From Dipteris shenzhenensis (taxonomy: Eukaryota): a stretch of 64,000 nt of DNA. The notes beneath the pieces were generated by a model. That model was given only the letters and a program-made list of their open reading frames with translations. It did no database searches and was not told where the DNA came from. Location of the stretch: the NCBI GenBank assembly GCA_047967505.1, contig CM106538.1; one strand, 5' to 3'. Every line of letters begins with the position of its first letter. Position 1 is the stretch's first letter. Of the stretch, positions 11,960 to 25,853 are shown piece after piece. The position numbers were made by a program, and so were the translations under genes.

Positions 11960-14900
11960 CTGTGGTTGCCTGACATTCCACAACAAACTGAGGACAGCCA
12001 CAAAAGCACATGAAGAGTTCATGAAAGAGCAACTACTATGGCCTAAAAATATTCCTTTCGAGAATACCTCCCTATGCTCGCTATGCCACGAGCACTTGGC
12101 AAGGCACTGCACACCTAAGTTTTTGCATCAAATGATACCATTTGCAACTCTAGTGCACCACACTTCAAGGTTAAACAAGGTCAAGGAAAGGCTAATCTTA
12201 GTAAGAATCCCATTCGTGCAAATCCATGAGTTGACCTACAAAGGCCAGCTTGGCCTGCATGGTAGTGATATCAATGTATTCGCAGACGTTGAAAGAGCTC
12301 AAAAATCTTGCCCCTATTTATCGACAGCGCAACCATTTTGGTGGCAATAAAGAGAAAGATGCAATACAAACACAACTTTGCAACTGGCTTGGTCCGACCA
12401 ATAACGACGATGAAAACGCTGAAAGAGATGTTAGAAACACCTCTGTACGAGGAAAACAATGTGCAACTGAACAAGCTATGACTCGAGCACATCAACCAGT
12501 GCAAGACACGAACGGAACTGGTGCACCCAATGATGACTTTGAAAACAATAGCACCAGCGAAAGCAATGACGGCAACATTGATACTGACACACTTGTACAT
12601 GGCATATATACTTCACAACAAGTTGTCGATTTCAATGACAAAATAATTGCCGTAGCACCATCCAAAGGATTCTACCCACTAGGCCTTTTCTATGACAAAC
12701 ATTGCGAAGAACTTTCTTTCCCAAAACTTTTTTATGGACACAAGCGCGTGTACGAAACAACACGATCACGAACCTTCCAAGACATAGTGAAGTGGGAACT
12801 AAAACGTAAAGATCATCGATGCGCACTCTCAATTGAGAATTTGTTCTTCAAAACAATGAAGGTACTCGTAAAGCAAGTTGTTGGCTCAAGCTGGGTGAGG
12901 ATGTGAAAAGGACAACTTCAAGGAATTTGTTTGCAGGCAAGAACAGCTTGGTAGACACAAACATTGAACAACTACTACACTCAAAAATAGGGTACCGAGA
13001 CTTCACCACGTTGCACACATCAGCAGACTATAAGCAAAAACTAAAAAGAAATGCTTTTGCAATGCTAAGGCAGCTCGGGCCTCCCACCTTTTTCGGCACT
13101 TTTTCAGCAGCGGAAAAATGCTGGGAGCCATTACTAGAATGTCTAGGAAAACTACGTGCCAAAACTAGCGATAACAGTAACAACACACTACCAAAAACAA
13201 TACAGACCTTTAACCCAATTACAACAGCAAGGTACTATGCACACAAATTACAAGCGTTGAAAACCCTATTACGACAAGATAAAGACATCCTTGGCAAAAT
13301 CAATGATTTTTTCTTCGTTATTAAATTCCAAAACTATGGAAGCTAGCATGATCATGGCTTGCTATGGGCAGACCAAGCACCGATATATGGTCGATCCACC
13401 ATGGAAAAAGTACAAAACTACATAGATAAGTACATAACTTCAAACAACTCACAACTTACGACAACACTTGAGGACATCCAACACCATAGTCATCGAAAAA
13501 CGTGTACAAAGAAGACAAAGACTTGCCGTTTCGGGTTTCCATCCTCCAACAAGGGACCAAAGATACTACTACCTCTCGAAAAAGAAGCCCACAAGAGCAA
13601 ACGTAGAGTAGCCTTCAAATCATTATCGGCCATACTACTAGAACAAGAAACACTAGGACTAACCTACAACATGTTCTTACAACGTCTAAACATGCATGAA
13701 GAAAAATATATTCTTGCTCTTAGATCTAACATATCTGAACCTACTGGAAAAGGCAACCAAAAGACGTCAACACAAACAATTTTAACCCGATAATTTCAAG
13801 ACTCTAGGAAGCAAACACAGATATCAATTCATGCTAAACCCACACGGCATAGCATAGTATTGCACGTCTTACATAACCAAAATTGGCAAAGAGACGAACG
13901 ACACAGTCAATGCAACTATCACATATAGTATTGAAAACAACATCGCTGCAAATGAGCAAATTCGAAAGGTAGGCAATGCAATCTTCAATACGCAACATAT
14001 AAGCTCGCAACAAGCAGTGTACATATGCCTGTCACTTCCCCTCAACAGCACAACTAGAGAATTTTCATACATCAATACAAGCACATCAGATGAAAGGAAT
14101 TTGCTACTAAAATGAAGATTAGAACTGCTAAAACTAGAGCCGATGAGTACTGACATTTTCTTTGACGATATTATAACCCACTATCGCAAGAGAAGCAGCA
14201 AATTGAGTGATATATGCTTAGCATACTTTGCAAGTGCATTCACAATACCAAAATGGAACATACGTGCAAGGCAAAGGCAACAAATAATAAGGTATCGCAA
14301 GAGAAGCAGCAAATTGAGTGATATATGCTTAGCATACTTTGCAAGTGCATTCACAATACAAAAATGGAACATACGTGCAAGGCAAAGGCAACAAATAAGG
14401 CAACAATTACAACAAGAACACCAAACTAGAAGAACATTATAGAGAACTTTGCTTGCTATACTTACATTTTGCAGACACTGAGCATGCACTTGGTGAACAA
14501 AGCCAAACATGGCATGACATGTATGTTGCAAACAATGAAACCATTGAGGCAAATGAGGCCATCTTCAACAAAATGCTTTCTTACCCCCCACTACTACCAG
14601 CAAACAACTCCATCAAAATAACTACAGCAACGACCACTTCAACAAGCACAACAGAATCTCACAAGTTTGATCTTGCAAAAGAGATGACAGAAAGAAACAC
14701 AAAACCTCAATTGGCCTTTGCACAACAACGCAACAACCAAATACTACCAAACAAGGTTTACTACAATATGTTACAATACACAAACAACAACCAAAGAAAA
14801 ATCATTGACGACATCATGCTGAAAAAAAGGATACATCCAAAAGAAAAATCAAATTGTCTCTCTCCGAAAACGCTAGTTCAGGAAAAACTTTCACAACATT

Positions 14901-16850
14901 GCTCATTATGCAAGCATTACAACAAACATATCTTCACAAGGACACAACAAATGCTAACTTGCCTCATGCACTCCTACTGGCATGCACAGGAAAAGCGGCA
15001 AGAGGAATTAACGAGAGCACAATACATGCCACATTGCACCTGCCACTACTGACAAGCACATACACTAGCTTATATGCAGAAAAGTTGCAAGCACTTATTG
15101 CCCTGTACAAAAATGTAGAACTTTTGGTAATAGATGAGATTTCTTTGGTAGGGCTAAACACATTTATAGCAGTGGATATGCGCATGCGTGAAATAAAACA
15201 CAATCACGACGAGCCTTTCAGAGGTATTGACATCTTGCTTGCAGGAGACCTGTGCCAAGTTAGTACTGTAAGAGACAATTGGGTTTTCTCACAACATTGG
15301 AGAGGGACATCACTATTAGGTTCTTGATGGGAGGCAGAAATCTAATATTACGAATTAAACCAACCAATGCAACAAGAAGAAGGACCCTTTCTTCAATTGC
15401 TAAACAAAATACGTGTGGGAAACAAACAAAAGAAGATATTGCATTACTTAACAAAACATACACTAAACATATACCCAACAAGCACCAAATACTGCACCTA
15501 TACTACACTAATGCAGAAGAAGATAAACACAACAATTATGTCTTTCAAACACTTCAAGCACTACCAGAAATCCTAAAAGCAGTAGACCATAAACACAGAA
15601 CATGCAACAAAACAATAAGCATCCCAACAAACCCCATGGGAATAGCACGGCTCCACATAGAGCTCAAACTAAAACAAGATATGATTGTCAAACTATGCTC
15701 GAGGAACTTGGACATTGCCGATGGCATTGCCAATGGGGCAGACAAAACTTTTAAAGGTTCAAACTTGGAACACAAGCCACTAGTAATATGGATTGAATTT
15801 GCTGACAAAAAAATAAGAGAAAGAACGCACAAAGAAAATAGAGACCTATACAATAGTAGCAACGAACAGAACTAGACACCAATTACACAAATAACAAGAG
15901 AGTTCCAAATAGGGAAAACCCACTTAAACAGCGCATGCAGAAAGCAGTTCCCAATATAGCCAACGTCCGCTAGAACGATACATTGTTCGCAAGGCCTCAC
16001 CATGGATGCACTAGCATTTGATCCTTCTAATGTACGAGCTCATGGGCTTATTTACACAACCCTCTCGCGTATCAAAAATGCACAAAATTTATACCTATTA
16101 TGCAAAATAGAGCAAAACATGGTAAGAGTTGACCTAATTGTCCTGCACGAGATTGAAAGACTACAAACATAGAGCATGGGAGTTCAAAAAAACGTTTCTC
16201 ACAATTTAGCACAGCAGCAAAGGGACGTTGCAAAGCTTGAGCACACGCTCTTTTCATTATAAACACAAACCCGACATTAAAAACACATTCACGACCATGC
16301 AAGCCTCCATACTTTGCCTACAAGAGACCAAAAACTACTCCTCGCAAGACATTGACTTACCAGGTTTCGATAACAGTAACTCAACACACGGCCAAGGCCT
16401 GACCACATACTTCACAAAAAAATACCAACCAATTCAGACACAAAGAATTTACATGCAAGCATCAAATACCTAGTCATGACTCTGCAAGAACGATCAAGCA
16501 AACAACTCATTGTCATAAACATTTACAAACCCGCACATGTAAAAACATACGCCCTAATAAATATATTGCAAGGACTATATAACAACATTCCATTAAACAT
16601 AGAAACATACACTATGGGGAACTTCAATATTGACTACAACTTAAACAATAAAAACAAAACTGAATTGATACAATTAATGCTACAAAACAATATTGAACAA
16701 CTTATTACAGAACCAACAACAATCTATGGATCCACTATTGACCACATATGGGCAAGGACAACAATAAACAACAACACGCATGGAACATGTTATGCATATT
16801 CGTCGGACCACTCAATAATTCATACTTCCGTCCAAGAGTCCACCCCCCCA
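11960..16850 (+). mobile_element. Helentron/Helitron2-type transposase pseudogene: Rep (HUH) + Pif1 helicase + C-terminal AP endonuclease
   Basis: CSLCHEHL and ERLILVRIPF...GQLGLHG (DUF6570-like); EELSFPKLF; AMLRQLGPPTFFGTFSAAE; KFQNYGS*HDHGLLW (HUH, ~13323-13367); YCTSYITK (YxxxY, ~13858); SGKTFT, VIDEIS, GDLCQV, RTIHCSQGLT (Pif1); LCLQETK, NIYKP, GNFNID, TIDHIW, SDHSII (EEP/APE). Many stops and frameshifts. Confidence 0.92.
14182..14398 (+). repeat. In-frame 111-bp tandem duplication within RepHel
   Basis: tatcgcaagagaagcagc...caaataa at 14182 and 14293 (YRKRSSKLSDICLAYFASAF twice). Confidence 0.95.
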
Positions 16851-16889
16851 AAAAAAATAAGGGCAGGCCACATGAACATTGTTCATCTT

Positions 16890-17345
16890 GTTTTCTTGGG
16901 TAAATATGCAAGCTTTTATTAGGGGGGGTCAATCCCAAAAAAAAGACCCTGTACAAAAAGTGGCCAAATGTGGACTCACAACCTGAGGCCCACTCTCAAA
17001 GAGCACACTGACACACCAAGAGTATAGATTTAAACCACCAAAGAGGAGGCAAACACTATTAGATAAACCAACCACCTTGGAAAGGTCAAGAAGAGAGCAT
17101 TGAATTGATCTAAGGATCCAGCTCTCTCTATAACCCACATTCAAACTATCTTTGAACACTATTTGATTCCTGGTTAACCAGATAGCATCATAGACAGATC
17201 CTCTTATGTATGACCAACACGCCTTCAACGTTGACGAGCATCCCAATGCATCGCCCAATAAAGCTAACCTCCAATTTGATCTCACTGAATCTGGACCTAA
17301 CCGCCGCCAACTCAAAACCCCTCGGGAGCTATGATCAATGAGGGA
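16890..17345 (-). mobile_element. 5'-truncated L1-type LINE 3' end
   Basis: WRLALLG...WSYIRGSVYDAIWLTRNQIVF (IWxxRN motif after zf-RVT); AATAAA on minus strand near 16915-16920. Confidence 0.7.
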
Positions 17346-17369
17346 TATTAGAGAAGAGATAGTGAAGGA

Positions 17370-17670
17370 GAATGTAAACATGTGGAAACTTGCAAACAAA
17401 ACTATCTACCTTGGTGTGTGATTTAGTCAAAACTAAACAAACAAAACTATAAACCTTGGTGTTTGAAAAGAGAAATGTGTGGAAACTTGAATTTCAAAAT
17501 TTCTACCTTTTTTTAAACTATGAACCTTGTGTTTGAAAACACGAACGTGTGGAAACTTGAAAATTGTGTGAAAAGACAACCTTGTGTTTGAAAAGACAAA
17601 CATGTGGAAACTTGAAAAGTGTGAAAAGATAAACATGTGCGAAAAGGAAAACTTGTAGAAACTTGAATTT
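17370..17670. repeat. Degenerate minisatellite (tgtggaaacttg / accttgtgtttgaaaa units)
   Basis: 4-5 copies of each motif at irregular spacing. Confidence 0.75.
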
Positions 17671-17809
17671 TTTTCCAAAAAAAAAAATTAAAATGAGTTT
17701 CACTTTCATTTTCAATTTACTATTTTAATTTCTCAATTAAAAATTTTGGAATATAGTAGAAAAAGATACTAGGTGCTTGAAGTTAAGGTGTCCAAGCCTC
17801 TTATGCCAC

Positions 17810-18284
17810 AATGTATTGAGGTACACATCTTAATTTGAATGATTATTTGCAAGGGCTCTCTAAATTGGGACTACTCAATGTATTGAGGTATGCATCTTCA
17901 TTTGAATGATCATCTGCAAGGGCTCTCTAAATTGGGACTACTCATGACAACTTAAACATATGGCCAATCTTAGCACCTTTTGCAACGATGGATTGGGATT
18001 ATCAAGCTCTTTTATTGTGCACTTCCATGTCGCTTTTATCCTTTGCCAATAGATAGTAGATTCTATGCCATCATTGGAATACTCAATGTATTGAGGTATG
18101 CATCTTCATTTGAATGATCATCTGCAAGGGCTCTCTAAATTGGGACTACTCATGACAACTTAAACATATGGCCAATCTTAGCACCTTTTGCAACGATGGA
18201 TTGGGATTATCAAGCTCTTTTATTGTGCGCTTCCATGTCACTTTTATCCTTTGCCAATAGATAGTAGATTCTATGCCATCATTG
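17810..18284. repeat. 208-bp tandem duplication plus a 67-bp partial copy
   Basis: actcaatgtattgaggtatgcatc... at 17873 and 18081; partial copy from 17810. Confidence 0.93.
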
Positions 18285-19593
18285 TTACATAGAATGCTTT
18301 TTTGTAGTACCTACATCTAGCTCAAGATACTCTTAAATGCTGAATGGGAGGAGAAGACACAAATTTTAGGGTTTTATAGTTTTGACTTGAGCAACCTTTG
18401 GAATTTCTAACAAGCACTTTCCTACTAAGATGTTGAAATAGAGAGACTCCAATGATCTCAACTCCTACTAACTAAAAGCATGAATCCAATTGGGTGCAAG
18501 AGAGTTGTTGGACTAGCAAAGCGCTTGATGTACCAAGCAAGCTTGCAATGAATTCAATAGGTGTAAATAAAACATTAGATTGTTGCCCAATAATATTGAA
18601 GATCCAATCAAGGTGCAAGCTAACAGCAAGGTAGGGAATCCACCAAATGAGGATACTAATCGCTTGAAGCTGATTGAGGTAGAGCTTACCTTTATGAAAG
18701 AGTAGGAAACTCCAAACTTGGAAGAAGATCCAAAATGGATGAATCCAAACTTACGATAGAAACCTACACCCTAACTACCTAGTATTTGCTTAGTAGCAAT
18801 TGCACCATCATGCAATCAGATGCTAAATGAAATTCAAAGTGTAGAAGGGTCAAATTTAAGATTAATAGAAGAAGTGTGCTTATTTAGGCATTGTGCACCA
18901 TGATGTAGGACATGTTCTTGAGTGATACAAGGAGGAGTGGTGCATCTACTCTCATGCCCCTCAATGTTTTAATGCCATGAGCTCTTAACCATTGATTGAG
19001 TAGACGAGAAGCCCACCATGAGCAGTGGACTAGGCAACCCTCATAAGGCATATGTAACAATGCTAAATCTTGACTCCTTATTGCATAGTTAAAGCAAAGG
19101 TACTCAAGGTCTTGAAGGCAACCTCTTTCCAATGGCATCTAGTTAGCTTGGTGCTATGCTTTGGATGCCCACACTTGAGTCAAAGAGAGAGAGTCGTGCT
19201 AGAGGCAAAGAGATACATAAAATGTACCGCTAAAAGGAACTCATCCTCATAGATCCCACCGCCACAATTTTGTTCTACCTCGATTGATGGCAAGAAACTT
19301 GCATGTGCTAGTTGTAATTACCCTCTCAACTTTGCCCCATGAGGGCACATGTGGCTGAAGCATGGAGATATTTTGACCTTTGAATGCCTACAAGTGAGGG
19401 GGAAAAGAAGCGAAGTTCCCTTTCAAGGTCAAGGATGCCAATCAAGGAGCATCTGCCAATTGGGTAAGGTCAAAGATGGTAGTACAACAATAATGTACCA
19501 TCATAAAGAGCACCTATGAAATCAAGTGTTTGTCTAATTGCATAGAGCATCCCGAATCCAATGAAAGAACTATTGATTTTGCATTCAATAAGC

Positions 19594-19647
<54 letters not shown>

Positions 19648-20026
19648 GAGGTCAAAGGACACATGAAGAAAGATACCTATGCATTCTTAGTGCTTGCTCT
19701 AAGGAAACCTTTTGTTGTCTTCTTGTAGTCTATTGAGAGTATATTTCTTGTGCAAGCTTCAAGTAAGCAATCATCTAGCATCATCTTCTTGATGAAGGGA
19801 TATGCCAAAGACTCTTATTTTACACACATTGTTAGGAATCTAATGACATGGATTCATTGTTCTCAGTTTTTGGTGTGTTCACTTACAGATCAAGAGAGAG
19901 AGGTGTGACATAGTTTTGATGATTCGCGACTATATTCTTTGATGATTGTGAAACCTCTTGAGTCTTTGTACTCTTTCTTTTTATTCTTAGTACTCCTCTT
20001 TGTTGGTGCATTGATGTCTATTATCA

Positions 20027-20301
20027 CAATGTCAAGGTAGCTCAAGAAGAGAGGGGTGTTAATGGCATAAGTTGGAAAGGCAAGGTAGCTAAGGAAGAGA
20101 GGAGTGTTAATGGCACATACTCGCAACAATGGCAAGGTAGACAAGGAAGCAAGTGGTGTTCATGGTAGCTATGACAAGGTAGCTACCTAGGAAGAGAGGG
20201 TGTTGATTGCAGATGGTTAGCAATGGCAAGATAGCTATCTAAGTAGCATTGGTTAGCAATGGCAAGGTAGCATTGCATATGGTAGCAATGACAAGGTAGC
20301 T
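20027..20301. repeat. Degenerate minisatellite, ~7 copies of caatggcaaggtagct
   Basis: Motif recurs every 30-50 bp with mutually related intervening sequence (gaagagagg..gtgttaatggca). Confidence 0.75.
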
Positions 20302-20849
20302 AAGAGATGTCATAGGATTGAAACATATCCCATCCTTTCATAAGTAAATCTTTGGTAGTTCATACTACCAATATTTTGAGTGAAAGGGATAGCAAGTAGG
20401 TAGGCATTGTTGGATCCAAGCTTGAGGAGTCTTGCATGATTCTTCGCCTTTTACCAATCTCCCAAACAACCAAACCACATTGAGGTTACATGTTAATGGT
20501 TGTTCCTCTCCCCAATCATCCATGGACTTAGCAAGGCAAGTAGCATGTAGAGCTGAGAGGAGTGAGAGAGCAAAAGTGAGGGGAAAACAACCATCAAGCG
20601 TGTCAATTGTTACCCAATAGATGGAGACTAAAGGTCAAGGTGCAAGACATACTATTACATGAGAGCTAAATAGTAGTCTAGGTTTATCAAGTAGAATGAA
20701 TGACTATTGTCAAAGCATTTGTTTTTGGAAAAGATGGATGTCAAACTATTAAGGTCCTACAAGGCTTGGTTGGTGAGGTGATGAGCTTTGGTGCATGAGC
20801 AAGGATCCCTTATCATCTGGTTGTAGTTGTGTTCGTCAAACCAAGCACC

Positions 20850-23800
20850 CAAGATGGGCTAATTAGTCAAGTGAGGCATGTGAGTGATATGCACTGTTTG
20901 AGGGACAAAGGATACCTCGGCGTCGAGGGTTGAAGCGGGTTCCTGGGCAAATAGGCAAGTTGAGGACATTGGTGTTAAGGGTTGAGGGGAGGATAAGTGG
21001 GAGTCTATGCCTCCGTCTTTTACAGAGACTCTTGCGAAGAGAGTAGGGAGTGGTTCCACCCTAGTTCCATAGAGATCAATGATGACCTCACCAAGAAATT
21101 GCTTCATGTGAATTTGGGAAGAAGCATGGCATATTTTGTAAGATTGGCTTGGAGGACATTCAGCCAGAGATCACTCATCTAGCTAAAGGGGGGATTTACC
21201 TTTTCTATACAAGACGTGTCCTATCTTTGGAGGAAATTTTGTAATATGAATGCGATATTCCATCCGTTGGGTACATTGCAAGGTGGTGGCACGGTCCTGG
21301 TTATCCCTTGGAATGCCCGTATGGATTGATCTTTTGAATCTTTCAACTATCCTTTGAGGATTAAATGGAACACATTGTGATGTCTTTGGGCCGCATGCTT
21401 CTCATAACTCCTCCCTTGAAAGCACTATCGAACCTTAGGCAAGCCTAGAGCCTTTGGGATAGAAGCCACGATACACAGAATCTTGTGGAGATTGAGATTC
21501 CTAATGGTATGGTCATTGCGCCTAGGTCAAGTTTGGTGTGTTTCCCAATTCTTGTTTCATTTGTCAAACCACTTTACATTTTGTCCCAAAAGGGCTACTA
21601 ACATGTGTTTGGCTATGGAAGAAAGGGTGAAAGAGTTCGCTACTTCCTTTGCTAACTACCAAGGGCTCCAAGTAAGATCTAGCATGCAACAATCTTCAGA
21701 ATGACTTGAAGACTGGGGCTAGGAATATCCTGGCAACTAGCAATGATGATGGTGAACCATGGAAGGTGGTCAATCGGAAAGGCTAGTCAAAAGAGATTGT
21801 GCATATTAGCCCCTAAACTCCTCTCAAGCTGCATGTGTGGATGTGACTAATATTCCATAAGAGGAGGCTGGAGAGGCAAAAGATGGATGGATTGCCATGT
21901 ACCTGAGGGAGTGCAAAGAGGTGAAACTCCACATGGTGATCCTCTAAACAAGGATAATCGAAAGGAGAATGAATCCAACTAGTAGATTGGAGCCTCGAAA
22001 GGCCTTGAGGAGGAGATGCTACAAGCCTACCACTAAAAGAGAGCCATGGAAGATCAGCAAACAGGGTTCCCTCCTCACATTAGATGTATAAAGGACTCAA
22101 GGAGGTGGCTCGGAGTGTGGTATAAGGTAAGAAGAACAAATTTAACTTTTTTCAAGATGCTTACCAGATAATGGGAAGCAATAGTCAAAGGTTCTAGTGG
22201 AAAGGAGGTAATGTGAGGTCTGTTTTGGTTCTATCTCGGAATTTGTGAGGTAGTTGCAATCCGATTAAGCAAAAATCTTGTATCATGGTGTGTAGGAAGG
22301 TTAATGTATGACATTAGTTTGCTATAAGAACTTAAATATGGGGAGAGTAATCCTATTTGGTTTACAATGTAGAGTCTTGGGTATGAAGTGTTAAGAAATC
22401 ACCCGGTAAGAGGGAAAGAGGGGTGTGCTATCTTGGCCAAATTGCCTTTAGGTGCTCAAGAACAATTTTGTCACCCTGATGGTTGCATTATAGCGGCTAT
22501 TATGTGTGTGGATGGATTCAAATTCAACATCCTTAGCTTATATGCCCCTAATCTTCCTACCAAGAGTTGTGAGTGATGGTCTCATCCTTCCAAGGTTACT
22601 TTGGGTTTTGAATAGAAGGTGTTGGGGAAATTGTGTCTTGAGTTGGGATTGATTGACTACTTGGCAGCTAGTCTTGATGGATTTTCATGGAGTAATAGAA
22701 GGAAGGGAGAGAAATTTAGGTCAGACAGGGTAGATAGGTTGTATTCCTTAGGAAAGGGGTGGTGGATGTGTGCCCTTATGAAGGTTGAATATTTGGTGCT
22801 TCTCTTTCAGACCATGTGCCTATGACTTGGAGGTTTAGCCTTCCAATAATGACTGGGAGATCTTTGGATATACCATTTAAGTTTAATAAAAAGTTGTTTT
22901 CCTCCATGGCATTTTGCAGCCACATCAGGGCTGACATCAGGGCTGTATGGAAGCAAACAAGCGGTTGTATGTTGACTCTACAATTAGGGCAGCTCTGAAG
23001 GAGGCATTAGCTTGGGACAAGTAGGATCGAGCGTCAAAGTGGAAGTTGGAGGATTTGGTGGCTATTAGATTCTTGTCGAGATTAGCAGTGAGACTCTCCC
23101 GTGACGTTCAGCTCGTGTCTACTCTATTGACAGAGATTGAGCAAGAATTGTAGGATAAGGAACTTGAGGACGCTAGCTTAGGTAGAGTCCATAGCAGACA
23201 GACTTGGCCAAAACTAGGTGATTGCCCATCTAATTTTTTTCCTTGGCTAGCGAAATGGAAACATCAATGAAAAGTCATTGGCAGGGTGCTTAGCCCTAGA
23301 GATAAGATTGAAATAGAGTTTTGGCATATTGTAGTCATATTTTGATGTCATATCAGTGGTTTAGTTGGATCCCCTATGGTGCAAGATGCTGAGTGGGCAT
23401 ATGGTTCTCTATGAGGCCTTGTCAAGGCTCTAGCCCTGGGTTTTGGAATCTTTAGAGGATTTGGTTGGCCCATCCTTTCTCTCTTGAGGAACTATGGGAT
23501 GGCTTGAAAAGGATGAAGAAAGACAAAGCTCCTAGCTCAGATGGGCTTACTATAACATTTTATATTGAATTCTGGGATGTAATGGGTGAAGACCTAGTGG
23601 CAATGACTAATGCCTCAGTGAGCATGGGCATATTACATCAACATGTGCCTAATCAATCTCTCCCAAAAGGCAAAGCGGACTCCAAGTTGGTGACTGGCGG
23701 CGGCATATCTCTATGCTAAATATGTCCTACAAATAGTGGCTAAGGCAATGGCCTTATGTATCCATGACTTATGTATCCGTCGTGAAGTGTGTATGCATGT

Positions 23801-24030
23801 GGTTGACAAAGAGTAAGGCAGATTTGTCAAGGGTAGGGATATTTTAGACAATATTTTGAATGTAAATTCAGCTTTGGATTATGCCTATGTTACAAGTCAA
23901 AAATGCATTTTAATTGGCCTAGACTTGGATAAAGCATGTGATCGGATACGATGGGATTTCATTTTCTTTGTGTTGGCTAAGCTTGGATTTTGGGGATGCC
24001 TTTGTGTCAATGGTGGCCACCTTATTTTGG
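20850..24030 (+). mobile_element. Degenerate L1-type LINE (ORF1 relic, endonuclease, N-half of RT)
   Basis: GKEGCAIL, FNILSLYAPN, FSWSNRRKG...DRVDRLY, SDHVP (EN); PFSLEELW...KDKAPSSDGLTITFYIEFW and LDLDKACDRIRWDF (RT). Confidence 0.85.
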
Positions 24031-24169
24031 TAATGCGAAAAGATCAAACATAGTACTAAGGGCTTCCATAGATTCACTTTCACATAGATGTTTATGAGTC
24101 ATTTTGACAGGAAAAGTAGCATAGGTAGCCATTTAACATCATGATGTAGAAGCTCAAATGGTCTTCAAA

Positions 24170-24560
24170 TCATGCATTTAGACATATGGGGTTATGCTTC
24201 CACACAATCAATAAGGAAATCATTATACCATATAAGCTTCACTCGATTCGTGATTATTCTAAGAAGACTTGGTATATCTTAAAGCAAAAGTTTCATGCGC
24301 TCACTGTTTTCAAGGATTAAAAGTAGATTGGGAAATACATCAATATTCCCACTGTGATAATGGAGCTAAGTACAAATCAAAATGAGTTCGATGCATTTTG
24401 CATAGAATTTGGGATCAAAAGAGAGTCCAATGAGGATACACTCTAGGGAAGCATGGAATGTTAAAAGGAAAAATAGATTCATGATAAATCAGCATGGTGT
24501 ATGCTTGATGAGAAGAAAGTTCTAATACAAGGGAGGAGCTTCTATACATAATTTTTTTAA
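24170..24560 (+). mobile_element. Ty1/copia integrase relic
   Basis: HLDIWG..STQSI, DYSKKTWY.LKQK, DNGAKY and EFDAF(C) motifs across shifting frames. Confidence 0.65.
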
Positions 24561-25787
24561 TGACACCCCAAAATTCTTTATGGACAAAATGTTATGGCAT
24601 TTTGAAGATTTGCCAAACCTTGTCCAAAAAGAGTACTCAATAAAGATGTTGTGGCATGCATAGGTGACGTGGTAATGTGTGTGCATGTGCTATAGAAAAA
24701 GTATGCCTATGGTAGCACACTTTACTTAGATGGCACAAGATGAGGAGGGTGTGTCACATGGCTATTGATGTGGTAGTTGAGGTGTCACCTTTGTGGTAGT
24801 GATGACATGGCATTGCCACATGTCCTAATGACGAATGTGACCTATTGACATGGCTAGATAATGTGGTTGATGGTGTGACAATACCACGTGTCTTAATGAT
24901 GTGGCAAGATATGATGATGTGGCTATTGTGCCAACTTGGTGGCTATTCTCTCTTTTTCCATGTGGCAATTTAACAATGGATTGTGTGCTTGTTTCTTTTT
25001 CAAGAAAATTACTTCTATTACATATTGAAATAATTCACGAGAGCAAGCTCAAGACAAAAGTACATCATGCAAGCATGACAATGAACAACCAAAAAGATGA
25101 TAATAATAGCTCTTTAGAGAGAACAAGAGAGAAACCAAAGCTGAGGCTAAAATTGTCATCTCAGCCCTGCTGTGGACTCCAAGGAAAAGCGGGAGCCCCT
25201 CCATTCCCTAAGGAAAGTAACTCTTTTTGTAGGGGTTGCCCGTGAAGTCCCTTGCATGCTCACCCAAATGGCCATCAATGTATGTACAATATATGTCTAG
25301 ATAATGGCCGTTCTATGAGAAGGATGGACCTGGGACCCATCCAAGCCCTATGTGCATCTAGCTCTCTAGATATATTACGCTTTGATGGAGTGCACTATGG
25401 ATATGGCTTGATCTAGATGAGTGGAGGCGGATAAGCCACATGTCAATTATTGGAGAAGCATGTGGTGAGAAAGAAGAAGAAATAAGTTTGTTGAGAAGAT
25501 AATGTTGATGCTATTGATGGGCACTTCATCGTTGCATCTGCTAGTACTGTGTTTTCTATCATGATGCTTTGCTCTGCTTGTGCATTGCTATGTTATTGCA
25601 GGTGCATGCTACATCTTCTGCGTTGCATTGTTTGTTGTCTTGCATCTAGCATCGTTGGCATGCTAGTGTTGTGTTGCATAGTTGTTTACAATTTAGTCCT
25701 TGCATGTGCTCGCTTGCATTGTTATATGTTGCATTATTACACCCATCAAGGATCAAGGGGGCATGCACGCAGATGCGTGCACACACG

Positions 25788-25792
<5 letters not shown>

Positions 25793-25846
<54 letters not shown>
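25793..25846. repeat. (GA)n microsatellite
   Basis: Direct reading. Confidence 0.98.

Positions 25847-25853
<7 letters not shown>

Noticed and set aside
17370-17670. Regularly recurring motifs that look CRISPR-like
   Set aside because: Spacers are related to each other and variable in length, no cas genes, eukaryotic context: a minisatellite
17748-17760. TCTACTATATT on the minus strand as a canonical Helitron 5' end
   Set aside because: Not preceded by the expected A target base and no matching hairpin-CTRR 3' end identified
18480-19870. Faint gag-like traces (also 26870-28700 and LINE-like traces at 61600-62300)
   Set aside because: Too decayed to assign family or boundaries without a profile search
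20027-20301. caatggcaaggtagct array as CRISPR-like repeats
   Set aside because: Degenerate units with homologous spacers; ordinary tandem repeat
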